A stretch of DNA of 51,196 nt from Candidatus Omnitrophota bacterium (GCA_020057115.1 JAGVGJ010000005.1:1-51196); one strand, 5' to 3'; shown: positions 19,003 to 28,865, counted from the stretch's first letter. Notes: a model not told the origin generated them from the letters alone. Made by a program: numbers and translations.

Positions 19003-19638
19003 ATGAAGAAGCGTGTTTTAAGCATCATGCTCGCGGCGCTGATATTTGCGTTCTCAGTGTCTACGGCATCTGCCGCTACCACGGAGGAGTGGGTGAGCGG
19101 GATGGGGTATAAGTTCTTCAGGGGTTTTATCAATGCCGGGACCGGATGGTGGGAGATACCGGCTCAGATAGGCAAGGGCTATAACAGCAGCAATTTCCCC
19201 GGAGCATTCGGCGGTATATTTGTCGGCGTATGGCATGCCCTCGGTCGCACGATCTCAGGCGTGGGCGACATGGCAGGTTTCTGGGCGGCTGACCCGAAGG
19301 ACAATGATAAGGTCGGCGTTTCGCTCGACGATGAATATTCATGGAAGACCGGCGTGAAGCATGATATCACCGTTGAAGTCGTAGGCAATAAACTCGGCAG
19401 GGGCCTTGGCAATACCATTTTCGGGCTCTGCGAGATACCGGGACAGGTGGCAAAAGGATGGAAGAACCACGCGGCAGACGCAGGGCTGGGGAAAGGTATC
19501 TGGTATGCCTTCAGCCGCGAGATGGACGGCATCATAGATCTGGTTACGTTCCTCCTCCCAAATCCCATAGACACCAAAGCGCTTCCGTTCGATGAACAGT
19601 GGCCGTGGACAGCCTGCGGCGAGAATATGATGAAATAG
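19003..19638 (+). CDS. Secreted/membrane protein with two TIGR04073-like (exosortase-associated) repeats
   Basis: KFFRGFINAGTGWWEIP and KLGRGLGNTIFGLCEIP repeats, DLVTFLLP; signal peptide. Confidence 0.6.
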   Translation: MKKRVLSIMLAALIFAFSVSTASAATTEEWVSGMGYKFFRGFINAGTGWWEIPAQIGKGYNSSNFPGAFGGIFVGVWHALGRTISGVGDMAGFWAADPKDNDKVGVSLDDEYSWKTGVKHDITVEVVGNKLGRGLGNTIFGLCEIPGQVAKGWKNHAADAGLGKGIWYAFSREMDGIIDLVTFLLPNPIDTKALPFDEQWPWTACGENMMK

Positions 19639-19654
19639 TAAGTCCTTTAAAAGG

Positions 19655-19692
19655 AATGGGGGCGGACCGAATACGGGCCGTCCCCATTTTTC
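19655..19692 (+). terminator. Intrinsic terminator-like hairpin
   Basis: AATGGGGGCGGACCG-aata-CGGGCCGTCCCCATT followed by T run. Confidence 0.6.
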
Positions 19693-19695
19693 TAT

Positions 19696-20502
19696 ATGCT
19701 AAAGAGAACAATAAGTTTCGTGATTATTCTCGCAGTCACCGCATGCGTTATCTTTCCGGCGCCATGCGCGACCGGAGAAGAACTCCAGTACAGGAAGGTA
19801 TCCCTTGACGATGTATCCTGCGACATAGGTATCCGTTACGCAGATACGTCCGAAGGCATGGATGTGGCTGTTTCGGCCATAGCGCTGGGGTGGGGCACTG
19901 AATTCAGGCACTGGAGGATCGACAAGATAAAACTGCGGATAGGAAATGCCAGGATACGGCCTGACAAGAATGAGCTATTCTTTGTCAGGAAAGAATCCTT
20001 CTGGCGCATTCCGGCCGCGGTCCTATGGGCCGTCATCGGAGCCATGTATGAATCGCCGGAGGGCACAAGCCAGTTCGACAAGGTCCTTACCAATATAGGG
20101 CTGGCGGCAGGCCTCGGGATATTGACATTGCAGGCAAAAGGCGATATTCCCGGCCAGAAGTGCGTGTTCCATTTAAAGAAGGATATCGCGGAGAAGATAG
20201 CTTACGGCAAAGACTCGATAGTGATCAGTCTCAATGACGAGTATACGCACGAAAGTTATGATATAAGAATAGGCATGACAAAGGCTCCTGCAGGTGAAAA
20301 AAATGGGCCGGATTATAGCGGCATGTCGAAGGAAGAGCTTCAGAAGACGATGATGAAGATCGACGAGCAGGCCACTGCCCTCGAGAAAGACCTCTCTTTA
20401 TATAAATACGGCCAGGATCCTAAATATGACGATATACAGTCAAGGATAGAGAGCTTAAGGTCTGAGCAGGCAAGAGCATATAAGGCTTGGACCGAGAAAT
20501 AG
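19696..20502 (+). CDS. Hypothetical exported/membrane protein with C-terminal coiled coil
   Basis: Signal peptide, two hydrophobic segments, heptad-like tail. Confidence 0.65.
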   Translation: MLKRTISFVIILAVTACVIFPAPCATGEELQYRKVSLDDVSCDIGIRYADTSEGMDVAVSAIALGWGTEFRHWRIDKIKLRIGNARIRPDKNELFFVRKESFWRIPAAVLWAVIGAMYESPEGTSQFDKVLTNIGLAAGLGILTLQAKGDIPGQKCVFHLKKDIAEKIAYGKDSIVISLNDEYTHESYDIRIGMTKAPAGEKNGPDYSGMSKEELQKTMMKIDEQATALEKDLSLYKYGQDPKYDDIQSRIESLRSEQARAYKAWTEK

Positions 20503-20550
20503 AACGGTCAAGGCGCCATTTTCCTATATTATATGATATAATTATAACCT

Positions 20551-21288
20551 ATGGCTGTTATACATTTTTTAGGGACGAATGGATGGTATGATACCGATAC
20601 CGGCAATACTGTTTCGGTCCTTATAGACGCTAAAGACCGCTACGTGATCCTTGATGCCGGATTTGGCTTTTACAAGATAGGCAGGTATGTCAAAGAGCCT
20701 AAACCCGTAGACTTGTTCTTGAGCCACCTTCACCTTGACCACATAATAGGCCTTCATACGCTGCCGCTATTCAAGTTCTCCCAGGGGATCGATTTTTACA
20801 TGCCCCCGGATTCGGAAAAAGATATCAGGACATTCGTCGGGAAACCATTCACAAGGCCTATCGGCGAAATGCCTACGGAAATAAGGCTTCATGATCTAAG
20901 CCGGGACATCCCGCCTTATGCCGAATTTAAAGAGCTCAAACATGCCGTCAAATGCTATGGCTTCAGGCTCAAGCTGGATGGAAAGACGATAGCATTCTGC
21001 ACGGATACGGAAGATTGCGATGGCCTGCGGGCTCTGGCCAAAGACGCGGATATCCTTATCACCGAATGCGCGTTCAGGTCGAGCGACCAGACGAAGGGGT
21101 CATTCCATCTCAATCCGGAGGCGGCGGCAACAGCGGCCAAAGAGTCGGGCGCGAAAATGTTGGCCCTCATGCATTTTGACCCGGGCAGATACCCGTTCCT
21201 GAAAGACCGGAAGGCCGGAGAAGCCTCGGCAAGGAAGATATTTAAAAATACTTTTGCGGCAAAAGACGGCGAAACCATCGCTCTGTAG
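20551..21288 (+). CDS. RNase Z-like metallo-beta-lactamase fold hydrolase
   Basis: FLGT, LDAG, SHLHLDH, TDT, ITEC, FHL, LMHF. Confidence 0.85.
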   Translation: MAVIHFLGTNGWYDTDTGNTVSVLIDAKDRYVILDAGFGFYKIGRYVKEPKPVDLFLSHLHLDHIIGLHTLPLFKFSQGIDFYMPPDSEKDIRTFVGKPFTRPIGEMPTEIRLHDLSRDIPPYAEFKELKHAVKCYGFRLKLDGKTIAFCTDTEDCDGLRALAKDADILITECAFRSSDQTKGSFHLNPEAAATAAKESGAKMLALMHFDPGRYPFLKDRKAGEASARKIFKNTFAAKDGETIAL

Positions 21289-21316
21289 TTAAAATAAATA
21301 GAAATAAAAAACGGAG

Positions 21317-21670
21317 GTGCGCATGAAATTTTTATTTAAAATCGGGCTCGTTGTGACGGTATCCGTATTTTTGTTTTCCGGGATGATGTTTGCAGACGAG
21401 CCAGGCCAGGACGCCCAGACAGGCGTGAAGCTTTTAAGAGAGGCCGCCGCAGCATTAAAACCTTATGACGTGGAGCTTGCCAATAAGGTGAATATCTACG
21501 CTGATATGGAGCAGGAAGAGCTGTTGGGCAGGGAAGGCAGCATAGGCGAAGCTGCCATGTTAAAGACTGCTGCCAGAGAGCTCAAGGCTTCAAATCCCGA
21601 GCTCTCCCAGAGACTTGACGCCTTTGCGGATAAAGAGATAAAAGAACAGGCCGAAAATGACCAGGAATAG
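21317..21670 (+). CDS. Small secreted helical protein with internal repeat
   Basis: GGAGG RBS, signal peptide, two similar ~30-aa helical units. Confidence 0.65.
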   Translation: MRMKFLFKIGLVVTVSVFLFSGMMFADEPGQDAQTGVKLLREAAAALKPYDVELANKVNIYADMEQEELLGREGSIGEAAMLKTAARELKASNPELSQRLDAFADKEIKEQAENDQE

Positions 21671-22838
21671 CACGGAGGCGCGCGTGAGAATATTTTTGCG
21701 GGTTTTTATATCGGCGTATGCCTGTCTTTTTCTGATAGGGTGCGCGTCATTGCCTAAGGACTACGTAAAGGAATTATATAAGCGCATCCCGCATAAGATC
21801 GAAGGGGAATGCAAGGTCGTCAATATCTTTTACGCGACTGTCCGTAACCAGGATACAAAGAAAGAAGGGGTCTGTTTCGGCCCCAGGCTTGCCGATAGCC
21901 TTACCTATGGCACCATGGATGTTAAGATAAATCCCAGCGTAAGGATAGGCAAGATGCTGCCCAATAAGCTTAAGCGCAGGGGTATCCTCGGGATGCAGGA
22001 TGTTGCTAAGTTCGGCTATACCGAGTTTATGAGTAAGCTGTCGGAAGCAGTGAAAAGTTCTCCGCACAATTCGCTATTGGTCCTCATATTCGGGTATCAG
22101 GATAATTTTGAAGCTACGGCTATCAAGGCGGCGTACTTTGCTTATCTTTTAGATGTCAACACGCCGGTGCTGCTTTTTGACTGGCCCGGAGACCAGCCGT
22201 TCACTCCCGGAGGATATCACAAGGCGCGCATGAACGCGAATGCGTCAGGGCCTTATCTCGGCGACCTGCTGGCAAAGATAGCGCGCGAAATAAGACCTGC
22301 CAAGATGTGGGTGGAAGCATCCAGCCTTGGCTGCCAGGTGACATGCGATGCATTCGAACAGATGTACGCTCATGCGGACATGGCGGACGCAGATACGGAG
22401 ATAACGCATGTGATACTTGCTGCGCCGGATGTCGCGAAAGAAGAGTTTGACGACGAGTTCAAGAAGGAGATCGTCGCCCTTTCCGACAAGGTCACCGCTT
22501 ATGTCTCTTCCAACGATACGGCGCTCTTGATGAGCAGTATCCTGGACAATAAGCAGAAGCTTGGCCGCATGAAGTTAAAATACGACCAGGACCAGCTGGA
22601 TGAGGCGAGCGGCATGCTGTACATGAAATCGCTGGAGCCGGAGAAGTATTCGGTGATCGACGTCACTCCCATAAACACGGCTTCATACAAGCACGGATAT
22701 TATCTTGAAGCTCCGGAATTCTACGATGATTTTTATTTAAGGATATTTGATAAGGCGCCTCACATGAACAGGAACCTGTATCTTGTGAAGCATAAAGGCA
22801 AGATAGATCTTTGGGTGCTTCAGCCGAACAACAAATAA
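21657..22838 (+). CDS. DUF900-like alpha/beta hydrolase lipoprotein
   Basis: LIGC lipobox, IFYATVR, FDWPG, ASSLG elbow, LAAPD, YVSSNDTAL, HGYY. Confidence 0.8.
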   Translation: MTRNSTEARVRIFLRVFISAYACLFLIGCASLPKDYVKELYKRIPHKIEGECKVVNIFYATVRNQDTKKEGVCFGPRLADSLTYGTMDVKINPSVRIGKMLPNKLKRRGILGMQDVAKFGYTEFMSKLSEAVKSSPHNSLLVLIFGYQDNFEATAIKAAYFAYLLDVNTPVLLFDWPGDQPFTPGGYHKARMNANASGPYLGDLLAKIAREIRPAKMWVEASSLGCQVTCDAFEQMYAHADMADADTEITHVILAAPDVAKEEFDDEFKKEIVALSDKVTAYVSSNDTALLMSSILDNKQKLGRMKLKYDQDQLDEASGMLYMKSLEPEKYSVIDVTPINTASYKHGYYLEAPEFYDDFYLRIFDKAPHMNRNLYLVKHKGKIDLWVLQPNNK

Positions 22839-22872
22839 GGTGATTAAAAAGCGATAAAGGCGAGGTAATGAT

Positions 22873-24990
22873 ATGAAAGACGGCCGTTCAAATAAAAAAG
22901 CGTTTAGCATAATAGCGGTGCTTTGCGTCGCGAGCTTCGTTCTGCTTTCGGCGCAAGCCGCTTTTTACTGGAAATCAAGGATAGGATCGACTAAGGCGGC
23001 CGACAAGCTTGTCAGGACCCAGACCCAGGCCGCCGCCGAAGAGATCGGCGTCGAGACGAGGAAGATAGAGGGGATAGTAAGATCTATCGCCGCGGACCTG
23101 GGCGAGAGGCCTTTGAGCCAGAGGGGCCTTGAAGAGAAGCTTGAAAAGGCGCTAGCAGATAACCCCCAGCTCTATGATATAGGCGCCGCATACGCTCCGG
23201 GCAACGGGGGACAAGCTCCGGCGCTGTATGATATGCGTTATGCCAGAAAAGCCTCAAAGCCTTATCAGGTCGCTCAGGACGCGTCATGCGATTACACGAA
23301 GGAGAGCTGGTATAAGGATGCCCTGGGAAGCCGCGGTATATGGGCAGAGCCTTTTCGTTCAAGGACCGACAAAACTCTTGTCGTAGTTTTTGCATTGCCT
23401 TTCCGTTCCGAAGACAGGGGCGGAGTATTATACGCAAGTGTCTCTATCGACACGATAAGACAATTCGCTCACTCGTTCAAGTTCGGTGATACAGGCTATT
23501 GTTATATACTATCCAGGACCGGGACCTTTATATATCATCCCGTGAAAGAGGCTGCGGAATCCCAGAAGACCGTATTCCAGATAGCCAGGGGCGGAGATAA
23601 GCCGAAGAACAAAGATTTTGTAGAGGTGACTAAGAGAGCTATCGCGGGTGAGGCGGTGAAGCTCGACGTGACAAATCCCGTCACAGGCCAGCATTTCAAG
23701 CTCTCCTATTTCCCCGTACCCCTTACAGGATGGACGTTAGGCGCCATATATTTTTCCGATGAGATATTTACGCGGGAGAACGTATTCCGTAAGGAGAAGA
23801 TGTGGATAATGCTGTGGCTGGTAATATTCCTGACCCTCTTCTCCGGCCTTATATTCCGCGTTTATAACTTAAGCCAGCCGGGACTATGGTCGGTATCCGC
23901 TATTTTCTCTGCGCTCTGCATGGCCGGAGCATTCTATATATGGCATCTTGCATTATCCGCACCGCTCGTAGAAGAGAATAAGAAGATGGTATTTACCGAT
24001 GCGCCTTCATTAAGCCGGTTCGTGGGAGAGTATTCGAGCAAATTCAGGAAGGCCAACAGGAAAGCGCCGTCTTATATCCCGACCGGCATATATGTGCAGT
24101 CACTCGAATTCATAAATGCGAACAACCTCAGAGTGGCAGGTTACATATGGCAGAAATACCAAGATGGGATACATGATGATCTGGAGCGCGGTTTCAATAT
24201 GCCGGAGGCGAAGGATGTCGAGATCAAAGAGGTCTATCGCCGCAAGACCGGGAAGATCGAAGTGATAGGTTGGCATTTCGAAGCTACCATAAGAGAGGTG
24301 TTCGACTACTCAAAATATCCTTTTGACAGGCCGGATATATGGATATGGTTAAAATATAAAGATCCGACAGCGAATGTCGTTCTCATACCGGATCTCGAGG
24401 CTTATAAGTTCATCACTCCTGCCGCCATGCCGGGACTGCAGGAAGATCTCGCATTCCCAGGATACGTATTCCTCGGGGCATTCTTCGATTATGAATATCA
24501 TATACGCAGCGCTAATCTTGGCATCTCAAGCGACGACCAGGCAGATCGCACGCCGGAGTTTTACTATAATATTATAGTGAGGCGTAATTTTGTGACGCCT
24601 TTCGTGTCGAGATTGTTCCCGCTCTTCATAATGTTCGCGATACTATTCGTGGTCCAGCTCATGTTCTCGCAGGACGAGGAGAAGAAGAAGGCTTTCGGGC
24701 TCAATGCCTTTGCCGTGATGGGCGTTGTGATAACATTCTTCTTCTCGACGCTCTTATCGCACAACAGTTTGCGGCAAGAGCTCAACGTCGATAAGATCAT
24801 ATTCATCGAGAATTTCCATTTTATCGCGTATCTGATGCTCCTTTTAGCCACGATAAAGACGCTCCTCTTTATAGGCGGCAAGGGGACGCGTTTTGTCCAG
24901 TATAAGCAGGGGCTGATACCGAAACTTCTGTATTGGCCCATGCTCACGGGGCTGGTTTTCATGGTGAGCTTCCTGAATTTCTACAGGTAA
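22873..24990 (+). CDS. Cache-domain-fused pentameric ligand-gated ion channel-like protein
   Basis: TM, dCache (WYKDA, WAEPF, GYCYILS..GTFIYHP), 2 TM, beta-rich domain (GYIWQKY, FDYSKYPFD), 4 C-terminal TM helices. Confidence 0.72.
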   Translation: MKDGRSNKKAFSIIAVLCVASFVLLSAQAAFYWKSRIGSTKAADKLVRTQTQAAAEEIGVETRKIEGIVRSIAADLGERPLSQRGLEEKLEKALADNPQLYDIGAAYAPGNGGQAPALYDMRYARKASKPYQVAQDASCDYTKESWYKDALGSRGIWAEPFRSRTDKTLVVVFALPFRSEDRGGVLYASVSIDTIRQFAHSFKFGDTGYCYILSRTGTFIYHPVKEAAESQKTVFQIARGGDKPKNKDFVEVTKRAIAGEAVKLDVTNPVTGQHFKLSYFPVPLTGWTLGAIYFSDEIFTRENVFRKEKMWIMLWLVIFLTLFSGLIFRVYNLSQPGLWSVSAIFSALCMAGAFYIWHLALSAPLVEENKKMVFTDAPSLSRFVGEYSSKFRKANRKAPSYIPTGIYVQSLEFINANNLRVAGYIWQKYQDGIHDDLERGFNMPEAKDVEIKEVYRRKTGKIEVIGWHFEATIREVFDYSKYPFDRPDIWIWLKYKDPTANVVLIPDLEAYKFITPAAMPGLQEDLAFPGYVFLGAFFDYEYHIRSANLGISSDDQADRTPEFYYNIIVRRNFVTPFVSRLFPLFIMFAILFVVQLMFSQDEEKKKAFGLNAFAVMGVVITFFFSTLLSHNSLRQELNVDKIIFIENFHFIAYLMLLLATIKTLLFIGGKGTRFVQYKQGLIPKLLYWPMLTGLVFMVSFLNFYR

Positions 24991-25002
24991 GAGAGGCTGG
25001 AG

Positions 25003-26589
25003 ATGAAACAGGCGATCGCATTCTTAAAGAGTTTTCGCGCGAAGGTCACGCTCGCGCTCGTATTGTCGATGCTCTTCATAGGGGCGATGAGCAATTTTCT
25101 GATATATGAGTATTCGCTGAAGGCCCAATTCGAACAGCTTCGCTCTAAATTGGTGATAATGGCTAAAGCCGCGACGCTCCAGATAGAAGCTGATACCGTG
25201 ATAGGAGTTCCACTGACCAAGGATGGTACGCTCAGTCCTCAATATGGGGTACTTACTGAAAGGCTATCAAGATTCAACGACATAGAACCTGCCATCGCCT
25301 ATGCGTATATACTGACCAAGACGGGAAGGCAAGGTTTGCTGAAGTTCGTGATAGATGTCCGGTCAAAGAGCGCGCCCGAAAACAGACCACCTGCTTATCC
25401 CGGAGAGGAGTATGATGCTTCGCGTTTCCCGGAGCTTCTGAACGGATTTAACGGGCCGTCTGCGGACAGGAAGCTGGCCGCTGATGAATGGGGCATGTCG
25501 CTTTCAGGCTATGCTCCGATACTGGATAAAGACGGAAAGTCCATAGCCATGCTCGGCATAGATGTGAATGCGAATGACGTTTACAATATCCAGAAAGAGG
25601 TCCGGCGCAGGGCGCAGTTCGTCATGCTAATAGGCCTGGCGCTGTCTCTTGCTCTTGGGATGCTCATCTCCGGAAGGATAGCCGGGCCTATAAGAAAACT
25701 TGCCGAGGGGACGCGACACCTCGCCAGGGGAGAGCTGGATTACAAGATAGACGTAAAAGGCTCGACCGAGATAATGGAGCTCGCCCGCTCCATGAACAGG
25801 ATGTCGGCCGACCTCAAGAGCCATATAGAGGTGTTGAAGCGCACGACTGCCGAAAGAGAGCGGCTGATGAGGGAGCTCGAGATAGCAAGGGGCATACAGC
25901 AGAGCTTCCTGCCGCAAGCTCTTCCTTACTTGAAGGGGCTGGATATGGCGGTCTTCTGCATACCGGCAAGCATCGTGGGAGGGGATTTTTATGATTTTAT
26001 ACCGCTTGAACATGGCAAGTGGGGCCTTGTGGTCGCTGATGTCTCCGGCCGGGGGATACCGGCCGCTCTCTTCATGGCCCTGTCGCGGACCATATTCAAT
26101 ATAACGGCCAAAGAGAGGTGTCCGGTCCATGAGATAGTAGGAAAGGCCAACAGGCTGATAACCGAGAATAACAAGGCCAACATGTTCGTGACCCTGTTTT
26201 ATGCGGTCCTGGACGAGGAGCGCTCGACGCTTACTTATGCGAATGCAGGGCATAATCCGTCTCTCCTGATAAGAGAGGGCAGGGAAGACATACATCTATT
26301 GATGGCGCAAGGTATCCCTCTTGGCATGTTCTCGGATAATGAGATGACCTCCGAAGAGATAAAGCTTAAGAAAGGCGATATCATAGTCCTTTACACCGAC
26401 GGCATCGTTGAAGCGATAAATTTCGGTCATGAACAGTTCGGCATCGAACGGCTTTCGGAGGTAGTCAAGACAAACTGCGACCTTCCGTCAGGCAAGATAC
26501 TGGAGAAGGTCCGCGACGCGCTCAATGGTTTTGTGGGCAATGAGCCGCAGTTCGACGACATGACCATGATGGTGCTGAAAGTCGTATAG
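25003..26589 (+). CDS. Membrane sensor with HAMP + SpoIIE/RsbU PP2C phosphatase
   Basis: VGGDFYD, ADVSGRG, NAGH, YTDG, DDMT; two TMs flanking a periplasmic domain. Confidence 0.92.
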   Translation: MKQAIAFLKSFRAKVTLALVLSMLFIGAMSNFLIYEYSLKAQFEQLRSKLVIMAKAATLQIEADTVIGVPLTKDGTLSPQYGVLTERLSRFNDIEPAIAYAYILTKTGRQGLLKFVIDVRSKSAPENRPPAYPGEEYDASRFPELLNGFNGPSADRKLAADEWGMSLSGYAPILDKDGKSIAMLGIDVNANDVYNIQKEVRRRAQFVMLIGLALSLALGMLISGRIAGPIRKLAEGTRHLARGELDYKIDVKGSTEIMELARSMNRMSADLKSHIEVLKRTTAERERLMRELEIARGIQQSFLPQALPYLKGLDMAVFCIPASIVGGDFYDFIPLEHGKWGLVVADVSGRGIPAALFMALSRTIFNITAKERCPVHEIVGKANRLITENNKANMFVTLFYAVLDEERSTLTYANAGHNPSLLIREGREDIHLLMAQGIPLGMFSDNEMTSEEIKLKKGDIIVLYTDGIVEAINFGHEQFGIERLSEVVKTNCDLPSGKILEKVRDALNGFVGNEPQFDDMTMMVLKVV

Positions 26590-26610
26590 ACCTAAAGAGA
26601 AATATAAAAT

Positions 26611-27384
26611 ATGACGATCATGAAATATACCGTGGGGGCATTGATGATGCCCGTATTCTCTATATTCCTGGCTTCCGCTTCATTTGCCCAGGCTTCGGGG
26701 CAAGGCGACATATTTGCCCAGAGGCGCCAGGAGATGGTAGACAGGCAGATAAGGCAGCGCGGCGTAACGGACAAGCGCGTCCTCGCCGCCATGCTTAAGG
26801 TCGAGCGCCACTTGTTCGTGCCGGTAGAACTGTCCGACATGGCGTATGAGGATACGCCGCTTCCTATAAGATTTGACCAGACTGTATCGCAGCCTTACAT
26901 AGTGGCCTTCATGACGGATGCGCTTGGACTTGAGCCGACCGACCGCGTCCTTGAGATAGGGACAGGCTCCGGATACCAGGCCGCCATACTGGCCGAGCTT
27001 GTAAAAGAGGTCTATACCATCGAGATAGTAAAAGAGCTTGCGGAGTCATCGGAAGAGCGTCTCAAGAAACTGGGATACGCCAATATCCACGTGAGGCTGG
27101 GCGACGGGTATAAAGGATGGCCCGAAGAGGCGCCATTCGACGCCATAATCGCTACGGCAGCGCCTCTCGAGATACCGGAGACGCTCCTTAAACAGCTTAA
27201 GACCGGCGGCAGGATGATCATACCCGTGGGATCTATATTCCAGCAGCTATTTCTTGTGACCAAAACGGAGAAGGGTTACGACAAGAAGGCTCTTTTACCG
27301 GTAAAATTCGTGCCCATGGTGACGCCATATGATAAGGATAGATCAAAAGACCCTAAATCGGATCAGGGGGGCATATTTCGATAA
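26611..27384 (+). CDS. pcm: Protein-L-isoaspartate O-methyltransferase with signal-peptide-like N terminus
   Basis: [39 protein letters not shown]. Confidence 0.93.
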   Translation: MTIMKYTVGALMMPVFSIFLASASFAQASGQGDIFAQRRQEMVDRQIRQRGVTDKRVLAAMLKVERHLFVPVELSDMAYEDTPLPIRFDQTVSQPYIVAFMTDALGLEPTDRVLEIGTGSGYQAAILAELVKEVYTIEIVKELAESSEERLKKLGYANIHVRLGDGYKGWPEEAPFDAIIATAAPLEIPETLLKQLKTGGRMIIPVGSIFQQLFLVTKTEKGYDKKALLPVKFVPMVTPYDKDRSKDPKSDQGGIFR

Positions 27385-27465
27385 GAGGTTCGTCTCTTCG
27401 GAGATCAGGACGAATCCTTTTGATGTGAATGCGTCTATAGAGGTCAAATAAAGAAAGGCAAGATA

Positions 27466-28503
27466 ATGAGTTTTGAATATCTGGTGAAGGTTCCCACGGC
27501 TTTAGAAATAATAAACGAGATGCCGCTCACCAAAGAATTGAAAAGCGTCAAGGCAAAGAGGGATAAAGCGATACTCGACATATTCAAGAGGAAGAGCAGT
27601 AAGTTCATCGTGATAATCGGACCTTGTTCTGCCGATAACGAAAAAGCTGTCTGCGAATATGTGTCGCGTCTGGCGAAGCTGCAATCTGCCGTAAAGAGCC
27701 AACTTGTCCTCATCCCGAGGATCTATACGAACAAACCCCGGACTACCGGAGAAGGCTATAAAGGCATGGCCCACCAGCCCGATCCCCACGAGAAGCCGAA
27801 CATAGTCCAGGGCCTTAAGGCGATCAGGAGGATGCATTTAAGGGTCCTTAAAGAGACTGGCCTCACCGCGGCGGACGAGATGCTCTATTCGGAGAACTAT
27901 CCTTATCTCGAGGATGTGCTCAGCTATGTCGCCATCGGCGCGCGTTCGGTGGAGGACCAGCTCCACCGCCTTACGGTAAGCGGCGTAGATATACCGTGCG
28001 GTATGAAGAACCCGACGAGCGGCGACCTTAATGTCATGCTCAATTCCGTCCGCGCCGCCCAGATGTCCCATACATTCGTATATAACGGCTGGGAGGCGAG
28101 GACATCCGGGAACTCATTTGCCCACTGCATACTGCGCGGCGCGGTCAACCAGTATGGCCAGTCGATACCGAACTACCATTACGAAGACATGATGAGGCTC
28201 TCAGGAATGTACCTGGAGCGCTCGCTATTGAACCCCACGATAATCGTCGACGCAAGCCATGCAAACTCCAACAAGAACTTCAAGGACCAGCCCCGCATAG
28301 CCAAGGATATACTCTATAGCGTAAAGAATTCGGATATATTGAAGAAGCTGGTGAAGGGCATAATGATAGAGAGCTATCTTGTCGAAGGGTCGCAGAGCGT
28401 CACAGGAAAAGTTTTCGGCAGGTCAATAACCGATGCGTGTCTCGGCTGGAAGGACTCGGAAAAGCTTGTCCTTGAGCTGGCAGATCGCGTCTCTAAACTC
28501 TAA
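27466..28503 (+). CDS. DAHP synthase, class I-alpha
   Basis: IGPCSA, KPRTT, IGARS, GMKN, DASHANS, SITDACLGW. Confidence 0.93.
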   Translation: MSFEYLVKVPTALEIINEMPLTKELKSVKAKRDKAILDIFKRKSSKFIVIIGPCSADNEKAVCEYVSRLAKLQSAVKSQLVLIPRIYTNKPRTTGEGYKGMAHQPDPHEKPNIVQGLKAIRRMHLRVLKETGLTAADEMLYSENYPYLEDVLSYVAIGARSVEDQLHRLTVSGVDIPCGMKNPTSGDLNVMLNSVRAAQMSHTFVYNGWEARTSGNSFAHCILRGAVNQYGQSIPNYHYEDMMRLSGMYLERSLLNPTIIVDASHANSNKNFKDQPRIAKDILYSVKNSDILKKLVKGIMIESYLVEGSQSVTGKVFGRSITDACLGWKDSEKLVLELADRVSKL

Positions 28504-28518
28504 CGGAGGGCGTATATC

Positions 28519-28647
28519 ATGAGCATAGATATGTCGTGGTGCAAGTGCGGAGCCGGAGGCATATGCCCGATATGCAAGGTGCTGACGGTTGTAGCTATAG
28601 CGCTGGTGGCAGGAGCCGTAGGGTATTTCATGGGAAAGAAAAAATAA
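28519..28647 (+). CDS. Small Cys-rich single-TM peptide (42 aa), absent from the ORF track
   Basis: MSIDMSWCKCGAGGICPICKVLTVVAIALVAGAVGYFMGKKK; GGAGG RBS. Confidence 0.65.
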   Translation: MSIDMSWCKCGAGGICPICKVLTVVAIALVAGAVGYFMGKKK

Positions 28648-28659
28648 CGGAGGGCGTCC

Positions 28660-28803
28660 ATGGCAAAGATAAAGGTATTTAAGATCCGCAACAGAAAAGG
28701 TTATGCCGCCATATGCTGCAACAATATCACCGAGGGCAATACGCCGGCCGCTGCCAGAGAGAGGATGGAGAAGGCTCTTAAGCGGAAGCCCAAGAAGGGA
28801 TAA
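28660..28803 (+). CDS. Small basic protein (47 aa), HicB-N-terminus-like pattern, absent from the ORF track
   Basis: MAKIKVFKIRNRKGYAAICCNNITEGNTPAAARERMEKALKRKPKKG; GGAGG RBS. Confidence 0.7.
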   Translation: MAKIKVFKIRNRKGYAAICCNNITEGNTPAAARERMEKALKRKPKKG

Positions 28804-28815
28804 TGTTGTCGTATC

Positions 28816-28865
28816 TGTCATTGCGAGGAGGCTCTAGTTTTTCATGCGTGCCGACGAAGCAATCT
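28816..28865 (+). repeat. RPE/REP-like palindromic element
   Basis: TGTCATTGCGAGGAG...GCCGACGAAGCAATCT termini. Confidence 0.55.
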
